A stretch of 64,000 bases of DNA. Origin: Toensbergia leucococca (taxonomy: Eukaryota). Under the pieces are notes generated by a model that was not told the origin of the DNA, did not search any database, and saw only the letters and a list, made by a program, of their open reading frames with translations. The position numbers and the translations under genes are program-made. Where the stretch lies: the NCBI GenBank assembly GCA_022813965.1, contig JALDZS010000052.1, positions 62,001 to 126,000 of the forward strand, in the 5' to 3' direction. Positions 1-13,664 of the stretch are shown piece by piece (the stretch's first letter is position 1; each line of letters begins with the position of its first letter).

Positions 1-626
1 AACGTTGAGGCGGGAATCTGGAGACCTTCTTCGAGAGCTTCCAAAAGATCCAGGCTCACATTCTCGCACAATACAAAGAATCGCTCCACGAAGGACTGGA
101 AGCCTGGCAAATCCTCCTGGGAAGGCCATCGATTGGGATACATGTCGTCGTTTTTTGGCCCGACATCGAAATGTTCCTGTAGCACAATGAGTACAACTGA
201 CTTCTATTTTCGGCTTGAGAATAAGCGACTCACTCGGGCGTCTTTAAGATCCTCCGAGACGTTGTGGCCCATCATTTTCCCATATAGAGTTGAAGTTTTC
301 TCCGCCCCTACGGTGCTCCATCCTCGTTGAGGGCTTGGCCCGGGCGGATTGATAATTTTACGCTTTTTCTCCGCAGGAAGGTTCACGAAGTCTCTGCTCT
401 AGAATTCTTCTATTTTAGCACTGATGCATGCACATTCGAATTCAAGAACGATGACGTGGCATACCCGTTCAAAGCATTCCTCCACCAGCTCTGGGGAAAT
501 GCCATGGTTTGAGATTCGCGCGAAGCCGTGTTTAGACAGACTACCCAGCAACTCCTGTGCATAGGTTGCACGTTGTGCGGGTGTTCCCTGGGTGAACTTC
601 GATGCGTCCAGCAAAGGGACTGCCAT
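1..626 (-). CDS. 2OG-Fe(II) dioxygenase (IPNS/DIOX_N family), 5' part; runs off the window start
   Basis: Exons 626-465, 398-234 and 176-1 with GT-AG introns give MAVPLLDASKF..HGFARISNHGI..NPPGPSPQRGWS..EHFDVGPKNDDMYPNRWP..LPGF, a typical DIOX_N N-terminus. Confidence 0.9.
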
Positions 627-3600
627 ATTGAAAAAAGATAAAAAAGGAAGCAGTGTTCGTCAAGTGGTACGTCTTCAAATTTCTACAGTTGGCTTTCAGT
701 GTTGAAAGATGATGTAGGACAAGAAGCCTGGGATTTGGCGTCTGAAGTAGTCTTCATCAATCCTGCAAGCCGGTCGATCGGACCCCGGATTGTACCGCTG
801 AATGTCATCTTCATCGCATTGGTTACTACCTTTAGTAGATATGAAGCCATCTACAGCTACTAGTCAGCCAAGGATCGGTGCGTCAGTAGGGCAGAATTTG
901 AGTTTAATGTCGAAGCTGATCCTGGTTTTTGTCTGAAAGGGCGGGATGCATGAAGCTTTTACTCTACCATGGACGGATACTTGACTTGCTTAGGAAGTAG
1001 GATGCGCTCTCGGGGCGGCATGGAAAGTGTGCATGAAGGGATGAGGGATGGCACGACGTTAGTACCTGTTTGGTCGCGTCACTTAGCAAAGACAAAGCAT
1101 GCTGCAAATGTTGGCATGGGTTTCTTGTACCACCATTTCACTTACCCATCAGTGTACCCACCACGGATGTAGTCTCGGGACAATGTCGAAGTTTCATGTT
1201 ACACCCGAGTGTGCGAGACTCCTGTACCCCAGGAATAATAGTTTAATATTCCCCGCAATTTGCTTTTCTTCAGCCTTGAGCGAAGGAACCTCAAAAGATC
1301 CCGTGATTCAGTGTGCTTACCTGAGTTGAGTTCGGTCACGACTCAAATTGTCTCTGAAACGGCTGAGTGATCAGATTAACAGGATTTGATTGATGGTGTC
1401 TACCTAAATTAGGTGGGGAGTATCCACCCTAGCTTCTAGAGCATGGGCGCCATAGATTGGGTAAGCTAGATTCTTTGAGTTGCGTGCCTTGCGAAGACGT
1501 CAGAACCCGCTTTTGAAGCATGCTTCAGCCAACAACGTCGAAGAAATATCTCTACTGCTGACTACCAACACTCGATCCTCAAAACTCGTACAGTCCGAGT
1601 AAGGAAGGCCTCGCAAGCAGGGTTGGTTCTAGTTGACGTGCTGTCGCCGTCTTCAGACCGCCATTCAATTTCCGAATGCAGCACCGTTGGGACTGTCATT
1701 CTACAAGTCTTTCTGAACTTGAAGATGGTCCCCGCCAGTAATCTAGCCTCGTCGACAAGGCCTAGATTCCCTCAATTAGACTTCTTGCGAACAGGCTAAT
1801 GATTATCTATAGCGTCGAGAATAGTCACACTACGGAGTAGGTAGTGGGAATGGTGCAATTTAGCATTCAATTTAGGTTTCGGGCATTTCCGATAGAATAG
1901 GGTTTCGAGTGGGGAGGGGATTGCTGAGACATTGCCATGGCCAGCAGCCATGGAGTCGGAGCTACAGGGGTTGAGATAAACAGTTTCTGGGTGGGTCCTG
2001 GAATTGGCATGTTGAGATTGCTATCTGAAGTTCGCTCTGAATTGAGTGGAGGCTGATAGTAAGGATCTTTGGCTCGGTCCCAACCGCCTACCGTACAGGA
2101 TGAGGATGACTAAGGTGCCACTGGTGCTAAGGTAACGAAGCGAGTCTCCTACTCTCGCGCTAGTACACGCGAATAACCTCATTTGGCCGACCTTACGTAC
2201 TGGTATTGCATTTTAAGAAGCTGACTCAACTACTATATCGCTGGTCTCGCAACATCTGACTACTCCGACGCTCGGATTTGAATCCGTGTACACCGCCAGT
2301 CTGCAAAGGATTTGAGGGATTTTTATTATGTTTTCTTTGATAGCAATTGAGCTGCAAGATTGATTATTCAGCGTCGAGAGGTGCCAAGACATTTGGATCA
2401 ACTTCCTTGAAGATCGTATGGCTGGATGTGGCGTGCTCGTACCAGCAAATTGCGAAAAATGTGCTCTCTTTTACCCCTAAAGCCCATCCAGGCACCAGCC
2501 CAAAAAGGAGGCTTTCTCTGCGAAGGTCTGATTCCGCGTAACCTCACGCAGGGGGCGCAATGCTGCCTACGGCAAGAGCGCTAGGCCCAAACGGGAAAGC
2601 TATCTCTGCGAAACGTCGCGATTCAGCGTGTACGCTCCCAGGCAGGGTGATTCTGCTCACTGAAAGACGAAGCTCTCTTGTCGTCTACGCTCCCATGAAG
2701 AGCGAGCTATCTTCCCCTCGGCAAAGGGGCTTGGGAGGGAAACGGAGCTTTCCTATGCGAGAAGAACGTTTTCGTCTGACTAGTATACTTCTGACATATG
2801 TAGGCTTCAGGCATCGAATTACACGCATCGGAATGTTGTTGTCGTCGAAAGCCGGAATCTAGTCTGCGTGTTTAAAAACAAGGCCGAATCGTAACCTTTT
2901 GACAGGTGTCAGAAGGAGAATTCTTTTCTTTCTTTGCGATTGGTCGTCGAGTTGAATATCCTGACGCAGGAACAGATACGGGCGATCAATCAATCGATCT
3001 TACGAGTTCTAGGATGGCGGAAGCTAAGTGTGTTACTGTCCCTGAACCCCAGAATAAAGACTCCGCTACGGTGTACCACCGCCTTTGCCAGTCAACCTAA
3101 AAACCCCTGGTAACGCCATAGGGCCTTTTGCTCAAAAGGCATCCCAACTTGGAATTCCCAAAGCTCTCAAGCTCACCCGCGTTAGTTCGGTCTAGTTCAT
3201 AGGGTGCAGACTTGCGCCAGATGACGCCGAACCCTGAAAGATCTACGGTAGCGCTTCCCGGAGATGGGTATGCATGCTTGTTGCATGAGAGAGGGAAGCG
3301 AATGGTGTGTGAGGATCGACAGGGGATGTGATTGGGGCTTGGGGGATGGAAGTTATGCTGACTTGATCGGTTTGTCTAGTCTTTCTCTAACCCGATGGAG
3401 ATGTTGCTTTACCAAGGGGTGTGAGACTTGGAAGCATTGTCTGAAAATTCCAGGATTTGTGGCCCTCGGTACTCTACCTTGGAACTTACTGGCCCCTAGT
3501 TCAAAGACCCGTCTGAGGTACTGAGGCATGGGACTTGGGGGAGTTTTTGTTTCGCATGGGTGATTAGAGATGACATCGTTTTCATTGATGTATTGGACTC

Positions 3601-4646
3601 TCTAGTCTTAAAATCCACCCCCCATTCATCATTTCCGGAGGACTGGCTCGAACCCATGTTCTCATCGGCCCCGTCAATGATTTTGTAATCCAAAACCAGG
3701 TTATCGAATAGGTAGATTCGTTGATTTTTTTCTCGAACAAAAAGCTTCTCAGGAGAAAGGAATCAATATAAACCTCCCCCAAAACACACCCCCTCATCAC
3801 ACCCCCAAACCCCCCCCCATCCCCCCCCCTCCAATCCTCACAGCCCACTAACAACACATCCCACAAACCCAAAACCCCAGTGATCCAAATAAACACATTC
3901 GTCACATTCTCTCGATCTAAAAATGAAACGAACTACTACACTCACCCCTATAACCTTCCCCCCCTAAACACCTCCCCTGCCCACCCCCCCCCTCCCATCA
4001 GCCCAATCAATCCATCAATTCCCCGCCCCCTCCTTACCCCTCAAGAAAAATCCCCCTCACAATCCCAGCACAAATAACCCAGCGGGAAAAAAGGTCCCCA
4101 ATCAACTCAAAAAACGCACCCGTTTCATCCCCCGGGAATCTTGCCCCTTTTTGTATGTGTGTGTGTGTGTGTGATGTAGGGAGATGGGATTGAATTGGGG
4201 GATTTGTTGTGTGGAGGTTTTTTTTTACTGCGTTTGGGGGGGAAGAATTTAAGGGGTTTTTTGGGGGGGGGGCGTGGTGGAGTGGGATGAGGGATTAGGG
4301 AGATTGAGCGTGGAGGATTGTGGAGTGGACGGAGTAATACAAGGCGGGGGGGGGGCGAGGGTGATGGCTGGGAGGTTTTGTTTGTCCGGTTCTTCTTTTT
4401 CTGGCGTGGGGTTTAAAGGGGCTGGGGATAGAAATTGTAGTGATTGTTTAGAGACGGGGTGGCAGTCAAGTCAAAATGTATTCGTTTTGTGAGGGTTTTT
4501 TTCTTTCTTTGTGTACATATACTGAAAGCTATTGGCTTTCCCTCATCGGACGTCTATGCCATCACCCTTCACATACAAATACCCTCACAGCAATAAGTGA
4601 GTCTTTTGGGATAAATTGCCAATTGCCGCCAGGGGAAAGCTCAAAA

Positions 4647-5794
4647 CTAATACGACTCCACAGCTACAGTCGTGCTCTCAAGCGGATACGTCTTCTCCAC
4701 CATCCGCTGATTGTAATCCAACGCCGTCACATCCTCGTCAAAGAGCGGCGTCCGCAAGTGGGCAAATTCCGGCAGACAGCGCAGCGAGGCGTCGCGGTTG
4801 GCTTTGCCGAAAAAGGCGACGGATAAGCGGGGCGGGATGGTGCCTTGAGACCGCTCTTTCATGCCGACGGGGATGGTGACGCGATGGTTGGCGGAGCGCA
4901 AGGTGTCGTTTGTCCAGCGCTGCAAGGTGTCGCCGATATTGACGACCATTTCGGTCTTGTCTTTGCTTTCGATGGGGATGAAGGAGCCGTCGAGGGATTG
5001 GTCTTCGACTTCCAACCCGCCGGTCGAGTCTTGGAGGAGCAAAGTCACGGAGCCGAAATCGGTGTGTTCGGAGATGCGGCTTGTTTTGCCGTCTTTGAGC
5101 CTGCTGACGTCGATGGGTGGGTAGTGGGTTAGGCGTAGCTCGGTGTGGTTGTTGGAGCAGAGGGAGCTGAGGCGGGAGGGGGGTAGTTGGAGGGAGAGTT
5201 CGAGGCTGTGCAGAATGTTCATGTGGATGGAGTGGAAGGCTTCGAAGAGGGTTTCCATGAAGGGGCGGAAGCCTGGAATGTCGGACTCGGCGGGCCAGAT
5301 GTTTGGGAAGAGTGGATCGTTGCGCGGACCTTGGTCGAAGGTTTCCTTTGAGGGGACAAGATGTCAGTGGTGGCTTTGCAAAGAATTGAAGAGCTATGTC
5401 GGATTTTACCTTGATGTCCTCACATAGCTGGGGAGCCCGTTCGCCTTTCTGAAAGCCGGTGATTCCTGCAAGCTTCTCCTGACCCTGAGGACTCCAGCCA
5501 CGGTGGGGATTGGGACGGGGCGGGTGTTTCGCTTTGGCTTTGATCTCGTCTGGGAGGTCGAAGAATTGGCGGCTCTGTGTTCGGGTGATTAGGTGTCTGG
5601 TTCTGTAGACATATTCACGTTGCTTTGCCTACCCTCTCAAACAATTCGGACATGGTCTGATTCTGCAGTCCATGGCCCTTCAATTTAAAGAAGCCATAGG
5701 TCTTGCAAACATCAAGGAGTTGTTGACTCCATAATGCTCTCTGATAATCGTTGCCATTGATGAAAACGGACAAGTCAAGGGTTGGAAGTTCCAT
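4647..5794 (-). CDS. 2OG-Fe(II) dioxygenase, HtyE/GloF proline-hydroxylase-like
   Basis: Three exons (5794-5633, 5574-5410, ~5347-4647). MELPTLDLSVF..YGFFKLKGHG..HPPRPNPHRGWS..ETFDQG; iron ligands HTD and the His of SANHRV; RLS co-substrate motif. Confidence 0.92.
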
Positions 5795-7025
5795 GTTGGT
5801 TCAAGTTTTGTATTTTATATTAAGGAGATACAGATAATCAAACGCAGAGTGAAGACTTATTCGAAACGACATTTCTGGAGGCAGTATATACAATAATATA
5901 AACAATATTGCAGTGAGAGAATGTAGGATCCAGCCCGACGTACTAAATTGGATGAATCACGGTGAAAGTGGCATGATCACGAAGGCTGATTGTTAGGTCC
6001 ACTATCATCATGGTCCTGGTCCTGGTCCTGGTCGTAATGATGCAAGAGACTAAGGTAAGTTGAGGATGTTATCTCGTCCGAATAGTGAAGCTATCATCAA
6101 GTCTTGGCGGGCGGGGGAAGGCATGTACCTAAGCTGTAGAATAAGCGCTAAGGTAACCCACTTTAGCCATGAGGGCCACTCTCCCATCTCCCACCTTGGT
6201 CAACAACGCGACATTTAACCTTTTTCCTTTGCCTTTTAATTAGGGTCGGCGACTCAGCAGTCAGACTAGAATACTAAGTGTCGCGGCTGCAGCCCAAGTG
6301 GTGTGCTGGTGTGATAGGAGGCACCTAGTCTCCTAGTGTACCTTAGTGGAGGGTGAAGCTGAAGGCCAAGCTTGATCCTACCTCCTATCTACATTTCGCG
6401 CATCTGCATGATGGCAACTGCATCTGCATCTGCATCCGCATCCTTACCTATCCGTATTATTATTCGCAGCCACTGAACAAGCAGCTTACTACAGCCTACA
6501 GCCTACAGCTCTTTCGCAAACCTTACCTTGCCCACTGTCCCTAGAATGTATGACTTCATTGACAGTCCCGATCTAGTAATTTATCCACATTCCCTCGAGT
6601 ACATGCTCCATGCTCCATGCTACCTGCTACCCAGACCACCTTGGCAAGGAAATCAATCTCACCTACTACCATTTGCATCTCGCCTTTCTGTCTGTACCAT
6701 TCGACCTTCACTGAAAATTGCACCGCCTGTTTCCTGCAGAAGATTAATTTCTTCATAGTCTATTTTCACCACCGAAGCCTGTCGTCCCATATTCTGAAGC
6801 CACTCGAGTCAAAGCACAGTCGTCTACACTCCCTTCCGGCACTCCTACATTCACATCGATTCACCTTTTACATGAAGCCCTTGAATACGCCCGTTGAATC
6901 GCTAAAGAGGAGGCAATAATTATATCGTCGTCCCATACGTTTCACCACTGCATCCTGAATCGAGCGCTTCTAGTCGACTTTGCCTCAACTTACACATGCT
7001 CGGAATACCTTGCAGATAAAGAGTC

Positions 7026-8693
7026 ATGTCTGAAACGATGGAGCTTGAGAGCTCTACGCCCTCCGATCTAGCACAAGATGAGGTTGAAAGCAATGTCACA
7101 TCACAACCGGTATCCAACCATTCCAAAGTCAAAACCATCGCCATTATAGTATGCATAACATGCAGTACTGGTATCGGGAGCTTCGTTAGTGGTTTGGTCA
7201 TCGTGGGCCTTCCACGAATAATTATTGATCTGTCCATTCCGCCAGGTCTAGTGCTTTGGTAAGTTCGAATATCCTGCCCCAAAATTAGCCCTAACATAAG
7301 AGCAAGCACTGATTTCGCACTCTGAAGGCCAGTCTCAATCTTTGCCTTGACCTGTGGTTGCACACTACTATTATGCGGCTCAATCTCTGATGTCTTTGGG
7401 AGCCGCATAACCTATCTGCTCGGATGTCTCCTTCAATTCTGTTTCACGCTGGGATGTGGTCTCGCCAAAACCGATGGCCAGCTCATCGTTTTTCGCGCCT
7501 TCGCCGGAATAGCCTCATCCTTTATTCTGCCGTCCGCAGTCAAGCTAATCAACGAGACATTTTCTCCTGGCCGAAGAAGAAATATGGCCTTTGCGTCAAT
7601 GGGTGGAGGTCAACCGATTGGATGGAGTCTTGGTTTAAGTTTAGGTGGTGTCATTACGGATAAAGCTGGGTGGCGCTGGGGTTTCTATGTGGCGTCCATC
7701 ATTAGTGTCCTGGTCTTAATTTTGTCCACGTTGCAGCTCCCCAAAAGCAAGCAGAGCCTCAATTCTGGCATGTGGCGGCAACTAGCACTTGATATTGATT
7801 GGTTCGGAGCAATTGTTGCAAGTGCATCTATCGCAATGTTATCTTACGTGCTGGCGTATGTAATGGAGAGAGCCATTTGTACGAAACTTGTGGGCTAACG
7901 CGTCGACAGGGCCGTCTCTGGGAGTACTATGGACATACATGCACCCGCCACCATTGCTACCTTGAGCATAGCTATCGCCTTGATTCCGGTATTCGTTTTT
8001 TGGATGGGACGGCAAGAACGAATCGGTCGACCTGCCCTGATACCAAACTCTTTCTGGCGGAACACAACTTTTACTACCATCTGCATCAACGTCTTCCTGA
8101 TATCAGGCGCAGAGAGCGCCCTCGAGCAGATGGCAAATCTTTTCTTCCAGGATGTTCAGAAATTGAGCCCACTCGAGGCCGCCCTTCGTTTCCTACCCGG
8201 TCCAATATGTGGCATTTTTGTCAATACCCTCATGGGCTTACTTGTTCATCGCGTGCGAGCAGACTGGATTGTCATCGGGACAACCACTCTAGCCTGTATC
8301 TCACCCATTTTATTTGCTGTTGAGCAACCAAATTGGACCTATTGGGCTGCATCTTTCCTTGCGATCCTTCTAAATGGCTTTGGGAGCGATGGGCTCTTTA
8401 CAATATCAAATCTACTCATCACGTCCATGTTTCCGGCAAAGACACAGGGATTGGCAGGTGGGGTGTTCAATACAATCTCCCAAATAGGAATCAGTGTTGC
8501 CCTGGCCCTCGTTACCTTGATAGCGAATCAGCGAACGGCGGAATCTGGCTACGGAGACAAGCAGAGTCCGTCTGCTCTGTTGGACGGGTATCGTGTGAGC
8601 TTTTGGTTTCTTTTCGCACTGAACGGCACTAGCTTGATCATTAGCCTCCTAGGGTTACGGAAGATTGGAAAGATAGGCAAAAAAGAAGAGTGA
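7026..8693 (+). CDS. MFS efflux transporter (DHA2-like, about 14 TM)
   Basis: Three exons joined across introns at ~7259-7327 and ~7856-7909. GSISDVFGSR motif A, FRAFAG, GWRWGFY, QGLAGGVFNT and many hydrophobic helices. Confidence 0.92.
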
Positions 8694-9954
8694 GGCATCG
8701 ATCACTCCCGAGTACTCATACTTGGGACTTTATGGAGGCGTGGCAGAAGGTCTCTTCGACTTCGACTTTATTGAGAATATTGAAGTCAAATTATGCTTAA
8801 TCCTGGTGGAAGACGGGGTGATGAATGGTCACCTGATTGATATTGATACAGCAGGTGTAAGGCGATTGCCAACATTGCGGATACCAGCTTTCGCATGGCA
8901 TGAAGATGCAAGAGTTTGGTGAGCAATGTTAGCGTGGAGCCCCCTGAAACTTTCAGCTCCTCGCTCTCTGCAATCTTTCACTCTACTTATACCATCTTTG
9001 TTGGAAGTTTCTCTATAGTAGATTGTGCCACTGTCCTCCACTATAGAACCATCTAGGATGAAGGGTACTACTCTTAAGAGCTAAATTCCATATCTAGGAT
9101 ATAAAAAGTAGTGTCTGAAGGCTTGAATAAGTTGTTCGGAGACCGAATGAAAATTCATACCTCAATCGTGTGTTTTTGGCGTGCAAAGCTCGGAAAGGTG
9201 TAAGGAAATGGCAGTGAAATCTTCCTGATAAAAAGGACTTTGAGATCTTCCAGAAGCTTGGTAATTCCTCTCAGAAACGATCTTATGGCCCACCCACAAA
9301 TCAGTTGCTTTTGATAGACACTCGATGCTCCAAAATTACTCGTACCACCTAGAATTTAAATCTAAGGTAGTTTTAAGTCACAGACTGATTACGCACTCAA
9401 TGGATTGATAAGATTAAGTTGTTTGTATCATGTTGTTGCTGGGCACCATCTCATACTCAACCATGAGTGATGAAAAGTTCATGTATCCATCGTTTCAACA
9501 CATGAATCCTTCGTAAGACGTCACGTGATCAATTGACGGAAACATGATTTCTGCACCACCCATTGTTGAGCTTTTGATGATACTTGATAGCTAGATGATG
9601 ACATTGATTTAATCTGATCAATTCAATTAGTGATTTCAAAGACTTAACTTGAACTTTGGATTACGGTGGCTGTGCCTCATTGGGTCTAGCGCGGAGATAT
9701 ATAGATTGCTGGGATAGAGGGAGTGGAGGAGCTCGTCCGAAGTATCTCCCCTTCCTGACCTTCCACTTTGGTGCACAACCACTATCATGGACCAGCATCA
9801 TCTGCTGCATACGCTCCTGCACCTGTTTGCCACTTGCGTGTCTTCCCTGGCCCAGAGTACGTCCATGATGGACGACAACCCCTTTTCCGACGAGGACGAG
9901 GCCACGCTCCAATTGAATGCTGAGATTCTTATTGTTTAGCTCTGTGGGGACAGG

Positions 9955-12028
9955 ATGTCATTCATTCCAACACTCATCAGCTTGCGCTTCATTCTTCTTC
10001 TTCTGTGCGTCTTCGTTGTCCGTTCGCTGCAGAATCTTCTGATCGGACCGTCTCCTGACAAGATCCTTTACCAACGCCAGGAATCGATAGCCTCCGCCTC
10101 TCCACTTGTCGACTTTCAAGTATATGAGCCTGTTCTCACACCTTCCGGTGATAGTGATCAGTATGGCTGCGTCTATACAAAGGTCTTGATGGATTACACT
10201 TTCGGGTTCAGCTATGGACATCCTTTCGTTGGTATGCAGATTCCCACAATCTCCCTCATGCAATCCCGGGGTGTTCTCTGACATCTGGCGGCCCATAGGA
10301 AGCTACTCGCCTCCGCCTTGCGCTTTTAATCGAGTTACTATGAATTTCACAGTGACCTCTGCAGGACGCCAATTTGACCGATTGGGATTGATGTACTTGG
10401 GAGATATCGAAGTCTTTCGAACTTCTACTGCAGAGCCGACCGCCAATGGGATCATATGGACGTATGTCAAAGAGATGGAGCAATACAACACGCTCTGGAA
10501 GGCGGATCAGAAAATTATCTTTGACCTCGGAAACCTGATCGACTCGACATATACTGGATCCTACGACACCACCTTGACGGCAACATTTTTCACAGTCCCA
10601 GGCTCGATACCTACAGCGGATGATATCTTACCCATTTCAGCTAGACAATCTGCCTCTAACATGGCGAGCGCTTTTTCAGTGCCCCCTCAAAACGCGTCTG
10701 TAGCCTATGTTCTCCCTCAAAATGTTGAGCGGGCTGTGGTCTCGCTGTCGGCTTGCGGTCAATCCACCGAGGAGTTTTGGTATACAAATACGCTTTCTTC
10801 AGAAACGAATACCTTTGCAGCCTCGACAGGCGCTCTTTATGGATATTCACCTTTCCGGGAAGTTCAACTCTTGATTGACGGTCAAATCGCGGGCGTGTCA
10901 TGGCCATTCCCTATCATCTTTACAGGTGGGATTGTACCTGGGCTTTGGCGGCCTATCGTGGGAATAGATGCGTTTGATCTGCGAGAGCACGAGATTGATG
11001 TCACGCCATGGCTTCCTCTGCTGTGTGACGGCGCTTCTCACAATTTCGAAATCAGAGTAGTTGGCTTGAATGATGATGGTGCCGGCCACGCGGTCCTCAC
11101 GGAGACGGTTGGCTCGTACTGGGTTGTCACTGGCAAGATCTTTTTGTTCTTCGACAAGCCTGGTTCTGTCACTACAGGATCCCAACCACAAGTTGATGAA
11201 CCTGCACCTCAATTCACAATCTCATCAGCTGTCACCACCAATTTAACAGGCGCAAATGAGACTTTGTCATATTCCGTAGCTGCCACTCGCGACATTTCAA
11301 TCACGTCTGTAGTAAAAACGTCAAGAGGATCCCACCCTGCGTCATGGACTCAGAGACTCTCATATGCCAGCTTCAATGCTCTGACCGACCAAGGCTTTGT
11401 TCAGGTAACCAGCCAAAACACCACAGGATCGGACGTATCTTCCAGTGGATACGCCAATACATACAGCTACCCAATTGACATCAATTCGTCGTATTCAATA
11501 GACGCCGCAGGTGACCTTGGTATTGTTGCTACCCTCGAAAGAGGCCTCGACTTCAACGTCTTTGGTCCCTCCGTCTTCCCATCCGGCATCCAAACCTTCA
11601 ACATCACCTCCCCAAGTCTCTTCAGCCTTTCAGGCCTGACGTCGCCTCAAGACATCCTTCTCCCAACTGCGATCCCTCTCTTTAGCGGTGCGTTACTATC
11701 CACCACCCAAACGGCAAGTGCGCAATACCTCTCGGCAGGCAACGCATCCTACAGCTTCGGCACCACCGAACAAGACTTCTCCTTTGGCGGAGCCGAGCTC
11801 AACGCACCCACCGCCACCTACGAGCTTTATCATCGTCATGTTCTCGCGGTAAACGCCACTGTCACGGAAGACTCGCAGACGCTCGTTGGCATGACTTTTG
11901 GGCTCCCAATGGCTAGTCCGGCGCTAGGCGTTCTCCAGACTGGGTTTAGTGGGTTTAGCGCTAGGGCTTTGCTTGGACGGGGTGCGGGGAAGACGAAGGC
12001 GGAGTTGGCGGGTGGGAGTGGGGTTTGA
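9955..12028 (+). CDS. Peptide-N4-(N-acetyl-beta-glucosaminyl)asparagine amidase A (PNGase A), secreted
   Basis: Hydrophobic N-terminus, intron at ~10232-10289; motifs FGFSYGHPF, GRQFDRLG, VFRTSTAEP, EEFWY, PFREVQLLIDG and IFTGGIVPGLWRPIVGIDAFDL. Confidence 0.93.
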
Positions 12029-13210
12029 GGCGAGAAGATTTGCAGAATGTGTAGTTTGGTTTAGAAGTAGGTATTGGATAAAGGATTGTTTTGAATATAT
12101 TGGCGACTTTGTCTTTTAATCGTTGACACCGGGCGTGCTCCTAATTAGCTCAGTGATTTGTAATAAGATCGCGTGCCAAACAACCCCCTACCTTACCTCC
12201 ATTAGTCCTTGTCACGTACCTACCATTTCTTTTCAAAGCTATTGACAATTCATCGAATATTCCCCCCATCAACGCTTTTGGGTGTCATGATTACCTTTGC
12301 GAAAGCAAATATTGCCCCACCCTTCCCCCCCCCCACTCTCTTAAATTCTTAAATACGATCTTTACTCCTCAGGGGGGGGCTCTGGGAAACACACCCCCCA
12401 ACATCAAAACCTTCCAACCAACGGGGGGAAAAAGAGGGATGAAATTTTTCAGTGTTTGAGATTTTTTTTGGCCGCCCCATTTTTTCCTCAGGACTCAATG
12501 TGCCCCGGAAATAGTGACGTTTTTCTTTTTCTTTTTTTTTTTGTTTTTTTTTGGGGGGGGGGGGGGGGGGGGTCGGGGCGGGGAGGAAAGGAATTGTATT
12601 GTTTTTTTTTCCATTCATTCTCGAGTCTGCACGCTGATTTCGTTGGAGGGGTTGGATTTGTTGTTGTTTTGTTTGGTTGGTGAGGGTTGGTGTCCCGGGG
12701 GGGGGGGGGGGGTCGTTGAATAAATCGTCCTTTGTGAGAGTTCTTTGCGGCGGGTTGGAGGGTGGTGTCTGGTATCTGGGTAGTGTCTGGTGTCTGATGT
12801 CTAGTGTCTGGCCCGGGGTCTGGTGGTAGTGATGTTTTCTCCTCCCCCCTTTCTATTCATTGAGATCAGGTGGATTTTTACCCGCCAGGGACGAACGGAC
12901 GGGGTTGTGGACTTCTTCTTTTTCTAAAAGGTGAAGGAGTGATTTAGAGCCGTTTGAGGCAGATTTAATCGTTGCGTTTGAGCGGGTTTTGATATAAGGG
13001 GTCTCTGTTCGGGTATGGAGAGTTAGTGGAGGAAGGTTGATTCACTGATTCCTGTATATGATGGAGGCTTGGATATGAACATACAACCTGAGGGGCTGAA
13101 ATTGAGAAAGAAAATTTTGGGTGGCACTTAGGCACCCCTTCAACGGATGACGGTTTTGATAAATTGAAGTTTGGATTTTTTGCGCGATGCAGGCCCCCCG
13201 GTATCAAGAG

Positions 13211-13664
13211 CAAGGCTCTTAATAATTGATCAACTCAATAGCTGACTATTAGTCTTTGGTAGTCGATTTTTAAATAGTTGATCTGATTCTTGGTTTTGGT
13301 AGTCCATTCTTTAAATAGTCGATTATTCTGAGGACTAATAGTCGACTGATTCTTTTGGTGATTCTTTGAGGGGGGTGTTTTTGGAATGTAAACACCCCAG
13401 ATGAGCCTAATCATAGCCTGAATAGACTTAGGTTCATTATGAAATCTGGATTTTCACTCCATCATTTATCGTGGCTACCAAATATTCGTCCATTTTCATC
13501 AACAACCATGGATAGTGATAACGAGCATGAAGTTCTAATAGTCTTAATAGTCAGACTATTAGTCGACTGATTCTTGGTTCAGAATCGACTACCAACTACT
13601 GACTATGTCCGTAAATAGTCGATTTTACCCTCAGAACTAATAGTCTGAAATATTAAGAGTCTTA
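13211..13664. mobile_element. Non-autonomous hAT-like element (MITE), 454 bp
   Basis: 14-bp TIRs CAAGGCTCTTAATA (13211) and TATTAAGAGTCTTA (13651-13664, 2 transitions). 8-bp TSD ATCAAGAG/ATCAAAAG. Many subterminal AATAGTC/GACTATT repeats; no ORF. Confidence 0.85.

Noticed and set aside
1400..2900. Protein-like minus-strand reading frame fragments interrupted by stops
   Set aside because: No recognisable domain; may be a decayed gene but cannot be supported.
13225..13650. Short interspersed repeats superficially like a CRISPR array
   Set aside because: Eukaryotic context, irregular spacing, and explained as hAT subterminal repeats.
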